Shown here: one piece after another, positions 9,608 through 20,751 of the stretch | How positions within the stretch are numbered: position 1 is the first letter of the stretch | How the letters are laid out: every line of letters starts with the position of its first letter | From: Asaia bogorensis | GTDB taxonomy: Bacteria > Pseudomonadota > Alphaproteobacteria > Acetobacterales > Acetobacteraceae | Assembly: GCA_945874805.1 (NCBI GenBank) | Contig: CAMCJI010000001.1 | Span: 4,580 to 68,579 of the forward strand | Direction of reading: 5' to 3' | Length of the DNA: 64,000 nt | Position numbers and translations under genes: made by a program | Notes under the pieces: model-generated | The model's database searches: none | Seen by the model: only the letters and a program-made list of their open reading frames with translations | What the model was told of the DNA's origin: nothing

Positions 9608-10393
9608 ATGCCTGAAATCGACCTCATCCCCCTGATCCGTGCTGCCGAGGCTGCCGCCGATGTGGCTGGTGCGGTGATCCGGCCCTTCTTCCGCGCCGGT
9701 ATCGGCGCCGATATGAAGACCGACGCCTCACCGGTCACCATCGCTGACCGCACTGCCGAGCAGGCGATGCGGGCCGTGCTGTCAGAGCGCTGCCCTGGTC
9801 ATGGGATCCTCGGCGAGGAATTTGGCCTGCAGAATGCCGATGCGCGGCTGCGCTGGGTGCTCGACCCGATCGATGGCACGCGGGCTTTCATCACCGGCCG
9901 GCCCACCTTCGGCACGCTGATCGCCTTGCTGGACGGGGATACCCCGATCATCGGCATCATCGACCAGCCGGTGACTGGTGAACGCTGGGTAGGGGCTGCG
10001 GGGCAGACAACCACATTCACCGGGCCGATGGGCGGGCGCGTGGGCGCGCGCGCCTGTTCCGCCATGTCCGCCGCTGAGCTGTCATCGACCACGCCGCACA
10101 TGTTCGACGAGGCGACGGCGCGCTGGGATGCCCTGCGCGCGGCGACCGGGCGTACCTATTACGGGGGTGATTGTTACAGCTACGGCCTGCTGGCCCTGGG
10201 CCAGATCGACATTGTCGTCGAGGCCGGAAACAAAGTCTGGGATTGGGCGGCGCTGGTGCCGGTCGTCGAGGGCGCTGGCGGCCGCGTCACCGATTGGGCC
10301 GGGGGGAAACTGCACCCCGACGGCGACGGGCGCGTCATCGCCGTGGGTGATCCCGCTTTGCTGAAGCCGACCATCGCCATTCTGACTGCGTGA
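9608..10393 (+). CDS. hisN: inositol monophosphatase family protein, probable histidinol-phosphatase
   Basis: 261 aa. ILGEEFG and WVLDPIDGTRAFITG are the IMPase metal-binding motifs. Size and pattern match the alphaproteobacterial HisN type. The substrate is not proven. Confidence 0.65.
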   Translation: MPEIDLIPLIRAAEAAADVAGAVIRPFFRAGIGADMKTDASPVTIADRTAEQAMRAVLSERCPGHGILGEEFGLQNADARLRWVLDPIDGTRAFITGRPTFGTLIALLDGDTPIIGIIDQPVTGERWVGAAGQTTTFTGPMGGRVGARACSAMSAAELSSTTPHMFDEATARWDALRAATGRTYYGGDCYSYGLLALGQIDIVVEAGNKVWDWAALVPVVEGAGGRVTDWAGGKLHPDGDGRVIAVGDPALLKPTIAILTA

Positions 10394-10401
10394 GGCCTGC
10401 C

Positions 10402-12216
10402 ATGCGATCCCTTCTCCTCGCCGTCGTGCTGCTCCTGTCGGCAACGCCCGCCATCGCGCAGACGCGGACCCACGCCGTTTCCCTTCTCGGCACGCCGGCG
10501 CTGCCGCCGGACTTCAAGTTCTTCCCGCATGTGAACCCCGACGCGCCGAAGGGCGGAGAAGTCGCACTGGGGGCGATCGGCACCTTCGACAGCTTCAATC
10601 CGTTCATCCTGCGGGGCGTGCCGGCGGGCGCGGCCGCTGCGATCTACGACACGCTGATGCGCAACAACCCGGACGAGGCGTCCACCTCCTACGGCCATCT
10701 GGCCGAAACAGTGGAGATCGCGGCCGACAACAGGTCGGTGGCTTTTGAGTTGCGGCCAAACGCCAAATTTCACGATGGTCAGCCCATCACCGCTGAGGAC
10801 GTGGCCTGGACCTTCAACACGCTGCGCGAGCAGGGGCGGCCAAACTACCGCCAGTATTATGCGGACGTGGACCGGGTGGAGGTGGAATCCCCTCGCCGAG
10901 TGGTGTTCCGCTTCAAGACGGACGCGAACCGGGAGTTGCCGTCCATCCTCGGGCAGCTCTCCGTGCTGCCGAAGCACTGGTGGTCGACTCGCGATTTCAC
11001 CAAGCCGATCACCGAGCCGCCGCTGGGCTCCAGCGCCTGGCGGATTGACAGGTTCGAGCTTGGGCGAACCGTCGTGCTGGCGCGCGTCGCGGACTGGTGG
11101 GGGCGGGACCTGCCGACATCGCGCGGCATTGATAACTTCGACCGGCGACGGGTCGAGTACTTTCGCGATTCCACTGTACTCCTGGAGGCCTTCAAGTCGG
11201 GACAGATCGACTTTCGCCAGGAAAACATCGCCAAGGAATGGGCCACCGCCTACGACTTCCCCGCCGTGCGCAGGGGCTTGGTGAAGAAGGAGGAGCTTCG
11301 CCACCGCCTGCCGACCGGGATGCAGGGTTTCGTATTCAATACGCGGCGTGAGGTGTTCAAGGACGTGCGGGTAAGGCAGGCCCTCGCCGGTGTGTTCGAC
11401 TACGAGTGGGCGAATGCCAACCTGTTCTACGGGAGCTACACCCGTACCGGCAGCTATTTCTCGAACAGCGATCTCGCCTCGGAGGGTCTGCCCGCGCCGG
11501 GAGAACTGGCGCTGCTGGAGCCGTTTCGTGCCAAGCTGCCCCCGTCGATTTTCACTCAGCCCTTCGTCTTGCCGGTCACCGATGGCTCCGGCAACAACCG
11601 TGAGGAGGCGCGGCGGGCCCTGGCGTTGCTGAAGTCGGCGGGCTGGGAAGTGAAGGAGCGCAAGCTCGTCAACGCGCAGGGCAAGCAGCTCACATTCGAG
11701 ATTCTGCTCGATCAGCCAACCTGGGAGCGGATTGCCCTTCCCTACGTGCAGTGGCTCGGCCGTTTGGGGATCGAGGCGCGAGTGCGCACCGTCGATCCGG
11801 CCCAGAGCCAGCGCCTGCAGGATAGCTTCGATTTCGATATGGTGGTGAATGTTTACGGGCAGAGTGAGTCGCCCGGAAACGAGCAGATTGGCTACTGGAG
11901 TTGCGATTCGGCGAAGCATGAAGGCGGCGATAACCTCGCAGGCATCTGCGATCCCGTGGTCGAGGCGCTGATCCCCAAAGTGATCAATGCACCCGACCGC
12001 GCGAGCCTCGTTGCCGCGACCCGCGCCTTGGACCGCGTGCTGCTCGCCGGCTGGTATGTGGTTCCGCACTGGCACAGCCGCGCGGTGCGTGTGGCCTACT
12101 GGGATCGCTTCGGGCATCCCGACAAGCCGGTTCGCACCGGTCTCGATTTCTCGTCCTGGTGGATTGACCCGGCGCGATCCGCGGCGACGGATGCGGCGAA
12201 GCGGGCGGGGAACTGA
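10402..12216 (+). CDS. yejA: ABC transporter substrate-binding protein (family 5), YejA-like
   Basis: About 604 aa from ATG 10402 with a signal peptide ([19 protein letters not shown]). It is a family-5 SBP of YejA size and is followed by B, E and F genes in yejABEF order. Confidence 0.75.
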   Translation: MRSLLLAVVLLLSATPAIAQTRTHAVSLLGTPALPPDFKFFPHVNPDAPKGGEVALGAIGTFDSFNPFILRGVPAGAAAAIYDTLMRNNPDEASTSYGHLAETVEIAADNRSVAFELRPNAKFHDGQPITAEDVAWTFNTLREQGRPNYRQYYADVDRVEVESPRRVVFRFKTDANRELPSILGQLSVLPKHWWSTRDFTKPITEPPLGSSAWRIDRFELGRTVVLARVADWWGRDLPTSRGIDNFDRRRVEYFRDSTVLLEAFKSGQIDFRQENIAKEWATAYDFPAVRRGLVKKEELRHRLPTGMQGFVFNTRREVFKDVRVRQALAGVFDYEWANANLFYGSYTRTGSYFSNSDLASEGLPAPGELALLEPFRAKLPPSIFTQPFVLPVTDGSGNNREEARRALALLKSAGWEVKERKLVNAQGKQLTFEILLDQPTWERIALPYVQWLGRLGIEARVRTVDPAQSQRLQDSFDFDMVVNVYGQSESPGNEQIGYWSCDSAKHEGGDNLAGICDPVVEALIPKVINAPDRASLVAATRALDRVLLAGWYVVPHWHSRAVRVAYWDRFGHPDKPVRTGLDFSSWWIDPARSAATDAAKRAGN

Positions 12217-12223
12217 ACCGCCG

Positions 12224-13303
12224 ATGGGCGCCTATATCCTGCGTCGTCTGCTGCTGATCATTCCGACTCTGTTCGGCATCATCGCGATCAATTTCGTCGT
12301 TGTGCAGTTCGCGCCTGGCGGGCCGGTTGACCAGATGATCGCGGAGCTGAAAGGTAAGGGCGAAGGCACCTTGGGCCGCGTGACCGGAGGGGGCGCATCC
12401 GAAGTTGCGTCGGCCCCGAGCGAGGGTGGCTATCGGGGTGGCAGGGGTCTCGATCCGGCGCTGGTCGCCGACATCAGGAAGATGTTCGGGTTCGACAAGC
12501 CGGCGCATGAACGCTTCTTCAACATGGTGAAGGGCTACGTGACCTTCGATTTCGGACGCAGCTTCTTTCGTGACCGCACGGTGGTTGAGTTGATCCGCGA
12601 CAAGATGCCGGTCTCGATCTCCATCGGCGTGTGGTCAACGCTGCTGATTTACCTGATCTCGATCCCGCTCGGGATCGCCAAAGCCGTCCGCGACGGCAGC
12701 CGCTTTGACGTCGCAACCTCGGCGGCCGTCCTGGTCGGCTATGCCATCCCCGGCTTTCTCTTTGCCATTCTGCTGGTCGTGCTGTTCGCTGGCGGCAGTT
12801 TCGTCCAGTGGTTCCCGCTGCGCGGCCTTTCCAGTCCCGGGGCCGAGCTATGGAGTTGGCCGGCGCGCGCGGCGGATTACCTCTGGCATATGGCGCTGCC
12901 GACGATCGCTCTCGTCATCGGTGGTTTTGCGAGTTTGACGATGCTGACGAAGAATTCCTTTCTGGAGGAAATCCGCAAACAATATGTCATCACCGCACGT
13001 GCCAAGGGTGCGAGCGAGCGGCGGGTGATGTACCGGCATGTCTTCCGTAATGCGATGTTGCTGATCGTCGCCGGCTTCCCCGCCGCTTTCGTCGGCATGC
13101 TGTTTGGGTCGGCGCTGCTGGTGGAGATCGTCTTCTCTCTCGATGGGCTGGGCCTGCTCGGCTTCGAAAGCGCGATCCGCCGGGATTACCCGGTGATGTT
13201 CGGCACGCTGTATATCTTCACTCTGCTGGGGCTGGTGATGCAGATCATCGGCGATCTGATGTACACCGTGGTCGACCCGCGCATCGATTTCGAGGGTCGC
13301 TGA
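12224..13303 (+). CDS. yejB: ABC transporter permease, YejB-like
   Basis: ATG 12224 lies in frame inside ORF 11987..13303. [19 protein letters not shown] is the typical DppB/YejB N-terminus, and the protein has multiple TM segments. Confidence 0.8.
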   Translation: MGAYILRRLLLIIPTLFGIIAINFVVVQFAPGGPVDQMIAELKGKGEGTLGRVTGGGASEVASAPSEGGYRGGRGLDPALVADIRKMFGFDKPAHERFFNMVKGYVTFDFGRSFFRDRTVVELIRDKMPVSISIGVWSTLLIYLISIPLGIAKAVRDGSRFDVATSAAVLVGYAIPGFLFAILLVVLFAGGSFVQWFPLRGLSSPGAELWSWPARAADYLWHMALPTIALVIGGFASLTMLTKNSFLEEIRKQYVITARAKGASERRVMYRHVFRNAMLLIVAGFPAAFVGMLFGSALLVEIVFSLDGLGLLGFESAIRRDYPVMFGTLYIFTLLGLVMQIIGDLMYTVVDPRIDFEGR

Positions 13304-14328
13304 TGGTGCTGTCGCCCGTCTCCCAGCGCAGGCTGGCCAACTTCAAGGCAAATCGGCGCGGCTATTGGTCACTGTGGATATTCATGGTGCTGTTCACCAT
13401 CTGCCTGTTCGCGGAGTTCATCGCCAATGACCGGCCGCTGCTGATCCGCTTCGACGGCAAGTTCTATGTGCCGGTCATGCAGGACCTCAGCGAAGAGACC
13501 TTCGGCGCCGAGTTCTTGCCAACAGACGCCGATTATACCGACCCGCAACTGGCCGAGGCCATCAGGGCCAAGGGATGGATGGTCTGGCCGCCGATCCCTT
13601 TCAGCTACAACACCGTGGTCAAGAGCCTTCCGGTGCCGGCTCCCGCCCCGCCTTCTGCGCGCAACCTGCTCGGGACCGATGATCAGGCGCGCGACGTGTT
13701 GGCGCGGGTGATCTACGGGTTTCGCATCTCCGTGCTGTTCGGCTTCACACTGACGGCGATCTCCTCGGCCGTCGGGATTGCCGCCGGCGCGATCCAGGGA
13801 TTTCGGGGCGGGCTGACCGACCTTCTGTTCCAGCGCTTCATCGAAATCTGGTCAGGTATGCCGCAGCTTTACATGCTGATCATCCTCTCCAGCGTCATCA
13901 CGCCGAGCTTCGGTATTCTGCTGATCTTCCTGCTGCTGTTCAGTTGGATGGGGCTGACCGGAGTGGTGCGCGCGGAGTTCCTGCGTGGCCGCAACCTGGA
14001 TTATGTGCGCGCGGCGAAGGCGCTCGGCGTGTCGGACGCGATGGTCATGTGGCGGCACATCCTGCCCAACGCGATGGTGGCAACCCTGACGTTTCTGCCC
14101 TTCACCCTGTCCGGCTCTGTGACAATCCTGGCGAGCCTGGACTTTCTCGGCTTCGGGCTTCCTCCCGGCTCGCCCTCGCTGGGTGAACTGGTCAGCCAGG
14201 GCAAGAACAACCTGTCCGCCCCCTGGCTCGGGCTGACCGCCTTCGTGGTGCTCGGCACCGTGCTGACACTGCTGATCTTTGTCGGCGAGGCGGTGCGCGA
14301 TGCATTCGATCCGCGGCGCGGCACATGA
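13303..14328 (+). CDS. yejE: ABC transporter permease, YejE-like
   Basis: 341 aa. DppC/YejE-type permease with LLGTDDQARDVLARVIYG. The start overlaps the yejB stop. Confidence 0.8.
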   Translation: MVLSPVSQRRLANFKANRRGYWSLWIFMVLFTICLFAEFIANDRPLLIRFDGKFYVPVMQDLSEETFGAEFLPTDADYTDPQLAEAIRAKGWMVWPPIPFSYNTVVKSLPVPAPAPPSARNLLGTDDQARDVLARVIYGFRISVLFGFTLTAISSAVGIAAGAIQGFRGGLTDLLFQRFIEIWSGMPQLYMLIILSSVITPSFGILLIFLLLFSWMGLTGVVRAEFLRGRNLDYVRAAKALGVSDAMVMWRHILPNAMVATLTFLPFTLSGSVTILASLDFLGFGLPPGSPSLGELVSQGKNNLSAPWLGLTAFVVLGTVLTLLIFVGEAVRDAFDPRRGT

Positions 14329-15929
14329 GTCTGGCATCCGTCGATGGGTTGATGATCCGCTTTGGTGCCCGGGAGGTTGTGCACGGCATCTCGTTCGCGA
14401 TCGAGCCAGGTGAGGTTCTGGCGCTGGTTGGCGAGAGTGGATCGGGCAAATCGCTGTCGGCCCTGTCGTTGCTCGGGCTGCTGCCGCTTGGTGCCGCCGT
14501 GTCCGGCCGCATCACGCTTAACGGGCAGGATGTGACGGCCGCCAGCCCCGAGGCGCTGCGGCGCTTGCGCGGCGGTGTTGCCGGCATGGTGTTCCAGGAG
14601 CCGATCAACAGCCTCAACCCCCTGGCCAGGCTTGGTGACCAAGTGGCGGAGGCGATCACTCTGCACCGCTCCCTGCCCGAAGCGGCGCTGCGCGCGCGGG
14701 TGACCAGCCTGCTGGAGGAGGTGGGCTTTGCGGACGCCGCGGGGCGGCTGGACGCTTTCCCGCACCAGCTCTCCGGGGGTCAGCGGCAGCGGGTGATGAT
14801 CGCCATGGCTTTGGCCAACGACCCCGCCTTGCTGATCGCGGACGAGCCGACAACCGCGCTGGACGTCACGATCCAGGCGCAGATCCTCAAGTTGCTGGCA
14901 ACGCAGAAGGCGGCACGCGGGCTGGCGATTTTGCTGATCACCCACGATCTGAACATCGTTCGCCGCTACGCCGACCGGGTGGCGGTGATGAAGGATGGGC
15001 ATATCGTCGAGACCGGGCCGGTCACCCAGGTCTGCGCGGCGCCGACGCACCCCTACACGCGCATGTTGCTTGAGTCTGAGCCATCGGGCGGGCCGGCGCC
15101 GTTGTCTGACAACGCCGAGACAATCGTGCAGGCCGATGATGTGAGGGTCTGGTTCCCGATCCGCCGTGGCCTCCTGCGCCGCACCGTGGGGCATGTGAAG
15201 GCGGTGGACGGGATTTCTCTGGCCGTGCGCGCTGGTGAGACGGTAGGGCTGGTCGGCGAAAGCGGCTCGGGCAAATCGACCATGGGCTATGCGCTGCTGC
15301 GCCTCGTGCCCTCCGAAGGCACAATCCTGCTGACCGGGCAGAACCTCGCGTCCATGGACAAGGGGGTGTTGCGCCGGTTGCGCGCGCAGATGCAGATCGT
15401 CTTCCAGGATCCCTTCGGGAGCCTTTCTCCTCGCCTCCCGGTGGGCGAGATCATTGCCGAGGGGCTTGGCGTGCACGCCCCGGAATTGGACGCGGCGGCG
15501 CGCGCGGCCAGGGTTGCCGAGGCGCTGGCCACGGTTGGTCTGCCGGCGGACAGTGCCGACCGTTACCCGCACGAGTTCAGCGGCGGCCAGCGCCAGCGCA
15601 TCGCCATCGCGCGCGCGATGGTGCTGAAGCCCAGCTTCGTCGTGCTCGATGAGCCGACCAGCGCGCTGGACATGACCGTGCAGGCGCAGATTGTGGAGTT
15701 ACTGCGGGGGCTGCAGCAGACTCATGGACTGGGCTACCTGTTCATCAGCCACGATCTGCGGGTGATCCGCGCCTTGTCGCACCGTGTGATCGTCATGCGC
15801 GGCGGGCGGGTGGTGGAGGCGGGGCCTGCCGAAGATATCTTCACCCGGCCGGCTGAGCCCTATACACGGGCGCTGATCTCTGCCGCCTTCACGCTGGAGG
15901 CAGACACCACCGGCGTAGTCGCCACCTGA
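14325..15929 (+). CDS. yejF: ABC transporter ATP-binding protein with duplicated ATPase domains, YejF-like
   Basis: 534 aa. Two Walker A motifs (GESGSGKS twice), two LSGGQRQR signatures and two Walker B motifs. Confidence 0.85.
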   Translation: MSLASVDGLMIRFGAREVVHGISFAIEPGEVLALVGESGSGKSLSALSLLGLLPLGAAVSGRITLNGQDVTAASPEALRRLRGGVAGMVFQEPINSLNPLARLGDQVAEAITLHRSLPEAALRARVTSLLEEVGFADAAGRLDAFPHQLSGGQRQRVMIAMALANDPALLIADEPTTALDVTIQAQILKLLATQKAARGLAILLITHDLNIVRRYADRVAVMKDGHIVETGPVTQVCAAPTHPYTRMLLESEPSGGPAPLSDNAETIVQADDVRVWFPIRRGLLRRTVGHVKAVDGISLAVRAGETVGLVGESGSGKSTMGYALLRLVPSEGTILLTGQNLASMDKGVLRRLRAQMQIVFQDPFGSLSPRLPVGEIIAEGLGVHAPELDAAARAARVAEALATVGLPADSADRYPHEFSGGQRQRIAIARAMVLKPSFVVLDEPTSALDMTVQAQIVELLRGLQQTHGLGYLFISHDLRVIRALSHRVIVMRGGRVVEAGPAEDIFTRPAEPYTRALISAAFTLEADTTGVVAT

Positions 15930-15985
15930 CTTGCGCCACTGCCGACGGGCATCGATAGTTGCTGCAAGCAATCGAGGAAACATGC

Positions 15986-17203
15986 ATGGCTGCGGATGTG
16001 AACCGCTTGGTCATCGTTCACGTGAACGCCGCCCACAGCTTCACCCATTACTGCCTGCTGATCCTGCCGACAGCCGTGCTGTCGATGGCACAGCCCGGCG
16101 GCGGCTTTGGTGCCGAGTATGGTCCGATCCTGGCGCTGGCAACCGGCGGCTTCCTGCTCTACGGCCTGTTTTCCCTGCCGCAAGGCTGGCTGGCGGCGCG
16201 GGTTGGGCGGCGGGCGCTGATGACGGCGTTCTTCTTTGGCACCGGCCTCGGCATGATCGGCACCGGACTTGCGGACACGCCAATCACGCTTGCCGTGGCA
16301 CTCGCCGTCACGGGGCTGTTCGCCGCCATCTACCACCCGATCGGCACCGCGCTCCTGGTGGAAGCTGCTGGCGAACAGCCGGGCCGGGCGATCGGCCTGA
16401 ACGGTGTGTTCGGCAATGTCGGCGTGGCCCTCGCGCCGATGGTCACTGCCTTTCTCGTGTTCCGTTGGGACTGGCAGGCCGCCTTCGTTGTCCCGGGCGC
16501 ATTATGTGTGCTCGCGGGCCTGTCCTGGCTGCGCGTGCCGAACCTCGATCTGGCAGCGCGGCGCAATGCGCGCCCGTTTCCTGAAATCCCGTCCCATCTG
16601 GTGCGGCGGGCGGTCCTTGTGTTGTTGCTGATCGCCGCCGTCTCAGGCCTCGTTTTCAATGCGTTCACGCTGCTGCTGCCCAAGCTGATGCAGGAACGGT
16701 TGGCAGACAGTCCCGGCCTGCTGCCGTTGGCCGGCGTGGCAGCGACCGTTGCGACACTTTGTGGGGCTGTCACGCAGCTCACCGTCGGCCGGATGATCGA
16801 CCGGATGACGCTGAAGCGGCTGCTTCTGCCAATGGCACTCGTGCTGGCGCCCGCCTTGGCAGGCTTGGCCTTTGCGCAGGGCTGGCTGGTATTGCCCCTC
16901 GCGGGGGCGGTCGCGGCGGTGATCTTCGGGCAGGTGACGGTCAATGAAACGATGACCGCCCGCTATATCTCCCCAGCCCTGCGGACGCGGATGTATTCGG
17001 TGCGGTTTTTTGTCGGCTTTCTCGGGAGTGCCGCGGCGCCGCCGATCATCGGTTTCCTGCATGGTCTGACCGGTAGTCAGGCCGCTGTGCTGCTCGTATT
17101 GGCGGCCTTCGCACTGGTGACACTCGGTTGCGCGCTGGCTTTCCCCGACCGAGAGGAGGAGCTGAACCCCAGTCTCTGGGCGCGGGCGGCGGCGGCCGAG
17201 TAG
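15986..17203 (+). CDS. MFS transporter
   Basis: About 405 aa with roughly 12 predicted hydrophobic helices and an MFS-like loop GWLAARVGRR. The start could be 15959 or 15986. Confidence 0.7.
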   Translation: MAADVNRLVIVHVNAAHSFTHYCLLILPTAVLSMAQPGGGFGAEYGPILALATGGFLLYGLFSLPQGWLAARVGRRALMTAFFFGTGLGMIGTGLADTPITLAVALAVTGLFAAIYHPIGTALLVEAAGEQPGRAIGLNGVFGNVGVALAPMVTAFLVFRWDWQAAFVVPGALCVLAGLSWLRVPNLDLAARRNARPFPEIPSHLVRRAVLVLLLIAAVSGLVFNAFTLLLPKLMQERLADSPGLLPLAGVAATVATLCGAVTQLTVGRMIDRMTLKRLLLPMALVLAPALAGLAFAQGWLVLPLAGAVAAVIFGQVTVNETMTARYISPALRTRMYSVRFFVGFLGSAAAPPIIGFLHGLTGSQAAVLLVLAAFALVTLGCALAFPDREEELNPSLWARAAAAE

Positions 17204-17211
17204 CGGAGAGC

Positions 17212-17574
17212 TTAGCGGCGCGCCTTGCGGGCGGCGTAGCGGCGATCGCGCTCGGCCTTCTGGTCGGCCAGAAGCTGCAACTGGCGGGCCCGTTCCAGCA
17301 CGGCAAGCCGCTGTGCCTCGACTTCGGCTGCCTTACGCTCGATCTCGCGCAGGCGCTCTTCCTCGCGCATGCGCGCGGCCTCGGCTTCTTTCGCGGCCCG
17401 GCGCTCAGCAGCCCGGACTTCCCGCGCTTCGGCAATCGCACGCCGCTCGGCGGCCAATGCCAGCATCGCCGGGTCGTCCGGCGCGGCGCGTTGCTTGAAC
17501 TTCTCCAGCAGCGCCTGCTTCGCGGCGGCGGAGGAGGAGGCGCGATCGGTGAATTTGCTGCCTTGGAAGGCCAT
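17212..17574 (-). CDS. small highly charged Ala/Arg/Glu-rich protein (conserved hypothetical)
   Basis: 120 aa. Strong G/C third-position bias in this frame. The sequence looks like a predicted long charged helix (AEAREVRAAERRAAKEAEAARMREEERLREIERKAAEVEAQR). Confidence 0.55.
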   Translation of the reverse strand: MAFQGSKFTDRASSSAAAKQALLEKFKQRAAPDDPAMLALAAERRAIAEAREVRAAERRAAKEAEAARMREEERLREIERKAAEVEAQRLAVLERARQLQLLADQKAERDRRYAARKARR

Positions 17575-17633
17575 CAGGGGGTCTCGGTGCTGTGGAAGTT
17601 GTCAAATACCCGAATACAGGCCTTGCGCCAATC

Positions 17634-18332
17634 TCAGCATCGCCCGCCGGTCAGGAAGCGGGTCAGGCATGCGCCATAGCGGCGGTCGAAGTCAGGTTCA
17701 TAGCCGCCCATATGGCCGCGGGGCCGCTGCGGTCGGTCGATTCCCAAGATCACGGCGCGCGAAGCTCGCGCGATCGCCAGGCGTGCGGCTGGATCGGGGT
17801 CTAGGGGGTCGTCGCGCAGCAGTACCAACGCCAGACGCGCCGGCCCCACAGCAGCGAGGCGCGCGCTGAAGTCGCTGAGCGCCTGCGGGCGGCGTTCGGC
17901 CCGTGTGCCGTGCGCGGCTGGTGAGATCGCCGCGACCGCGTCGACAAGGTCGGGCCGTTCTAGGGCAGCGAGCGCGATGAACGCGCCGCGCGAGTGGCCT
18001 GCCACCACGATTTGCCGGTAGCCAGCGGCGCGCAGCTGCTCCAGCCCCATGACCAGCAACCCCCCGCTTTCGCCCAGTGGGTCGCGGCCGGGGGTGCGGT
18101 CGAACCGCCAGATGTCGTAGCCAGACCGGTGAATCCGGGTGACCCAGCGCGGTTCCGCCGGCGGTGTGGGAGTTGCGTCAGTGTCATAGCTGCCGTGCAG
18201 CCAGACCAGTGCACCTGCGGCCAGGGCGGGGCTTCGAAGCTTGAAACCGGGGGAGGGCTGAAACGGCGCAGCTTCCGTGGCCGCCCGAACGGGGGCGGTG
18301 AGCAGCAGCAAAACGGCGATCAGCCGAAGCAT
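17634..18332 (-). CDS. secreted alpha/beta hydrolase
   Basis: ATG 18332 gives the signal peptide [23 protein letters not shown] forms a nucleophile elbow. The ORF-track start at 18557 would overlap rdgB by more than 200 nt. Confidence 0.6.
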   Translation of the reverse strand: MLRLIAVLLLLTAPVRAATEAAPFQPSPGFKLRSPALAAGALVWLHGSYDTDATPTPPAEPRWVTRIHRSGYDIWRFDRTPGRDPLGESGGLLVMGLEQLRAAGYRQIVVAGHSRGAFIALAALERPDLVDAVAAISPAAHGTRAERRPQALSDFSARLAAVGPARLALVLLRDDPLDPDPAARLAIARASRAVILGIDRPQRPRGHMGGYEPDFDRRYGACLTRFLTGGRC

Positions 18333-18919
18333 GCGGCCTTCAGAAGAGCGAAGGCGCGGGCGCGATGGCTGGTTGCGTGCTTTTCCACCGGGTCCATCTC
18401 GCCATAGGTCAAGGCACCATCGGCCGGCAGAAACATTGGATCGTAGCCGAACCCCAGGTGCCCGCGGGGTGGCCATACAGTGGAGCCGTCCACCCGTCCC
18501 TCGAAGACCTCGGTATGGCCATCGGGCCAGGCGAGGCACAGTGCGCAGGTGAACCAAGCGGCTTTATCGACTGCATCCCCTGCTTCGCGGTGCACTCGTT
18601 CCATGGCCATGCCGAAATTCTTCTCCGGCCCGGCCCAGCGCGCGGAGATGACGCCGGGTGCGCCGCCGAGCGCCGCCACCGAGAATCCGGAATCGTCGGA
18701 GAGGGCTGGCATCCCAGTCGCGATCGCGGCCGCCAGGGCCTTCAGCCGGGCATTCCCGGCAAAATCCGGCGCCGTCTCCTCGGGTTCCGGCAGGCCGAGG
18801 GCGCCGGCAGAAAGCACCTGCACACCGAAAGGTGCCAGCATCGGGCCGATCTCGCGCAGCTTGCCAGGATTATGGCTGGCCAGGACCAGCTTCGATCCGG
18901 GCGGCAGGCGCCTGGCCAT
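18320..18919 (-). CDS. rdgB: non-canonical purine NTP pyrophosphatase (RdgB/HAM1)
   Basis: 199 aa. [21 protein letters not shown] and SHRARA motifs. Confidence 0.85.
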   Translation of the reverse strand: MARRLPPGSKLVLASHNPGKLREIGPMLAPFGVQVLSAGALGLPEPEETAPDFAGNARLKALAAAIATGMPALSDDSGFSVAALGGAPGVISARWAGPEKNFGMAMERVHREAGDAVDKAAWFTCALCLAWPDGHTEVFEGRVDGSTVWPPRGHLGFGYDPMFLPADGALTYGEMDPVEKHATSHRARAFALLKAACFG

Positions 18920-19644
18920 CAGAGCCCGAGGGCCGCGCGCTGGTGGCCGAACAGCGCGGCCGTGCCCGCCTTGGCGAGCGCCAGGAGTTCGAGGAACTGC
19001 GCCTCGCTGAACGGGTCTTTCTCGGCCGTGCCCTGAATCTCGACAATTCCGGCCTCTGTGAGCACGAAGTTGGCATCCGCCTCGGCTCCGCTGTCCTCGG
19101 CGTAGTCGAGATCAAGCACGCTCGTCCCGGCGACGATGCCGCAGGAGATGGCGGCGACCTGGCTCGTGATGGGGATTGCCTTGATCACGTTCATCCGCAC
19201 CAGATGTTGGAAGGCCAGATGCAGGGCCACCCAGGCGCCGGTGATCGAGGCGCAGCGGGTGCCGCCATCGGCGTTCAGAACGTCGCAGTCGAGCGTGATC
19301 GTCATCTCGCCCATTGCCGCGCGGTTGACGACGGCGCGCAGGCTCCGGCCGATCAAGCGCTGGATTTCCTGTGTCCGGCCCGATTGTTTGCCGCGGGCTG
19401 CTTCACGGTCGCCACGGGTGTGGGTCGCGCGGGGAAGCATGCCGTACTCTGCCGTGACCCAGCCCTGCCCGGAGTTGCGCATGAAGGGGGGCACGCGTGC
19501 CTCGACGCTTGCGGTGCACAGCACCTCGGTCCCGCCCATCTTGATCAGGCATGACCCTTCCGCGTGATGGGAAAACCCGGTTGTGATGGACACGTTACGC
19601 AACGCATCAGATGCGCGGCCGGACGGGCGGGGGGCAGGCAGCAT
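18919..19644 (-). CDS. rph: ribonuclease PH
   Basis: 241 aa from ATG 19644. [35 protein letters not shown] and [15 protein letters not shown] are present. Confidence 0.9.
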   Translation of the reverse strand: MLPAPRPSGRASDALRNVSITTGFSHHAEGSCLIKMGGTEVLCTASVEARVPPFMRNSGQGWVTAEYGMLPRATHTRGDREAARGKQSGRTQEIQRLIGRSLRAVVNRAAMGEMTITLDCDVLNADGGTRCASITGAWVALHLAFQHLVRMNVIKAIPITSQVAAISCGIVAGTSVLDLDYAEDSGAEADANFVLTEAGIVEIQGTAEKDPFSEAQFLELLALAKAGTAALFGHQRAALGL

Positions 19645-19712
19645 GGTGATGGTCCGTGTTCGGTTCCGCCGTGCTATGGCCTCCGCAGCGGGCCCGCGCA
19701 AGAGTGGGGGCT

Positions 19713-20678
19713 ATGCAGGCGAAGGATAGAGAAATGATATCACTGGGGATTATCGGGGCAGGCATCATGGGGCGGCGTATGCTTGGTGCCGCCACCGAGC
19801 AGGCTGCGGATGTCGTGCGGATCGCCGGGATATGGGATCCCTCGCCGGCCGCGCTAACCGACCTCGTGGGCATTCCAAAACCAGGAACCGCCGCCGCGCT
19901 GATCGCTGCCAGTGACTGTGTCTATATTGCCTCTCCGCCGGCGAGCCACCTGACGCATGCCGCGGCTGCTCTGGCTGCCGGCAAGGCGGTGTTCTGCGAG
20001 AAGCCTTTGGCTGTGGACACGGCAGCGGCCGAGGCCTTCGTCGCCAGTGCCGCGGGTGCCCGCGCGGCGGTGAATTTCCCGATGGCGTCGTCGTTGGGCG
20101 TGGCCAAACTGCGGGAATGGCTCGCCGCCAATACCATCGGCACCGCGACCCGCCTGGACATCGCTGTGGAGTTCGCCACTTGGCCACGCGGCTGGCAGCG
20201 CGACGCCGCCAAATGGCTCGACGCTCCGGCCGAAGGCGGCTTCACCCGCGAAGTCGTCTCCCACTTCCTGTTCCTCACCCGCCGGCTTTGCGGCCCGTTG
20301 CATCTGCTTGCCGGACGCGCCGCATTTCCCGAACCCGGCCGCAGTGAGCGCAAGCTGGAAGCTCGGCTGGAGGCGGGCGGCATCCCCGTGGCGCTGCATG
20401 GCCGGGTGGGCGGAACGGAGGCCGACGACCACAATCTGTGGACCCTTACCGGTACAAAGGGCAGCATCCGGCTGCGCGACTGGTCAATTGCTGAGCGGCT
20501 GGTCGGGGATACGTGGCAACCCGATCCCGGCGCCATGCCGAACGCGCGGATGCGCCCGCTGGTTCTGCGCCGGCAATTGGAGGGCGTGGCCCTGATGACC
20601 GCCAATGCGGCGCACCACCTGGCGACTCTGGCGGAGGCGCTGGAAGTCCAACAGACGGTCGAATCAATGCTACGATAG
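19713..20678 (+). CDS. Gfo/Idh/MocA family oxidoreductase
   Basis: N-terminal Rossmann motif ISLGIIGAGIMGRRM and the CEKPLA motif. The start is ambiguous between 19713 and 19734. Confidence 0.65.
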   Translation: MQAKDREMISLGIIGAGIMGRRMLGAATEQAADVVRIAGIWDPSPAALTDLVGIPKPGTAAALIAASDCVYIASPPASHLTHAAAALAAGKAVFCEKPLAVDTAAAEAFVASAAGARAAVNFPMASSLGVAKLREWLAANTIGTATRLDIAVEFATWPRGWQRDAAKWLDAPAEGGFTREVVSHFLFLTRRLCGPLHLLAGRAAFPEPGRSERKLEARLEAGGIPVALHGRVGGTEADDHNLWTLTGTKGSIRLRDWSIAERLVGDTWQPDPGAMPNARMRPLVLRRQLEGVALMTANAAHHLATLAEALEVQQTVESMLR

Positions 20679-20751
20679 CTCGATGCGCCGCACCGGACCT
20701 GATTGACCGTGGCTTCGGTGTTTCTACCTTTTAGGGTCTGGAGGTGCGGTG

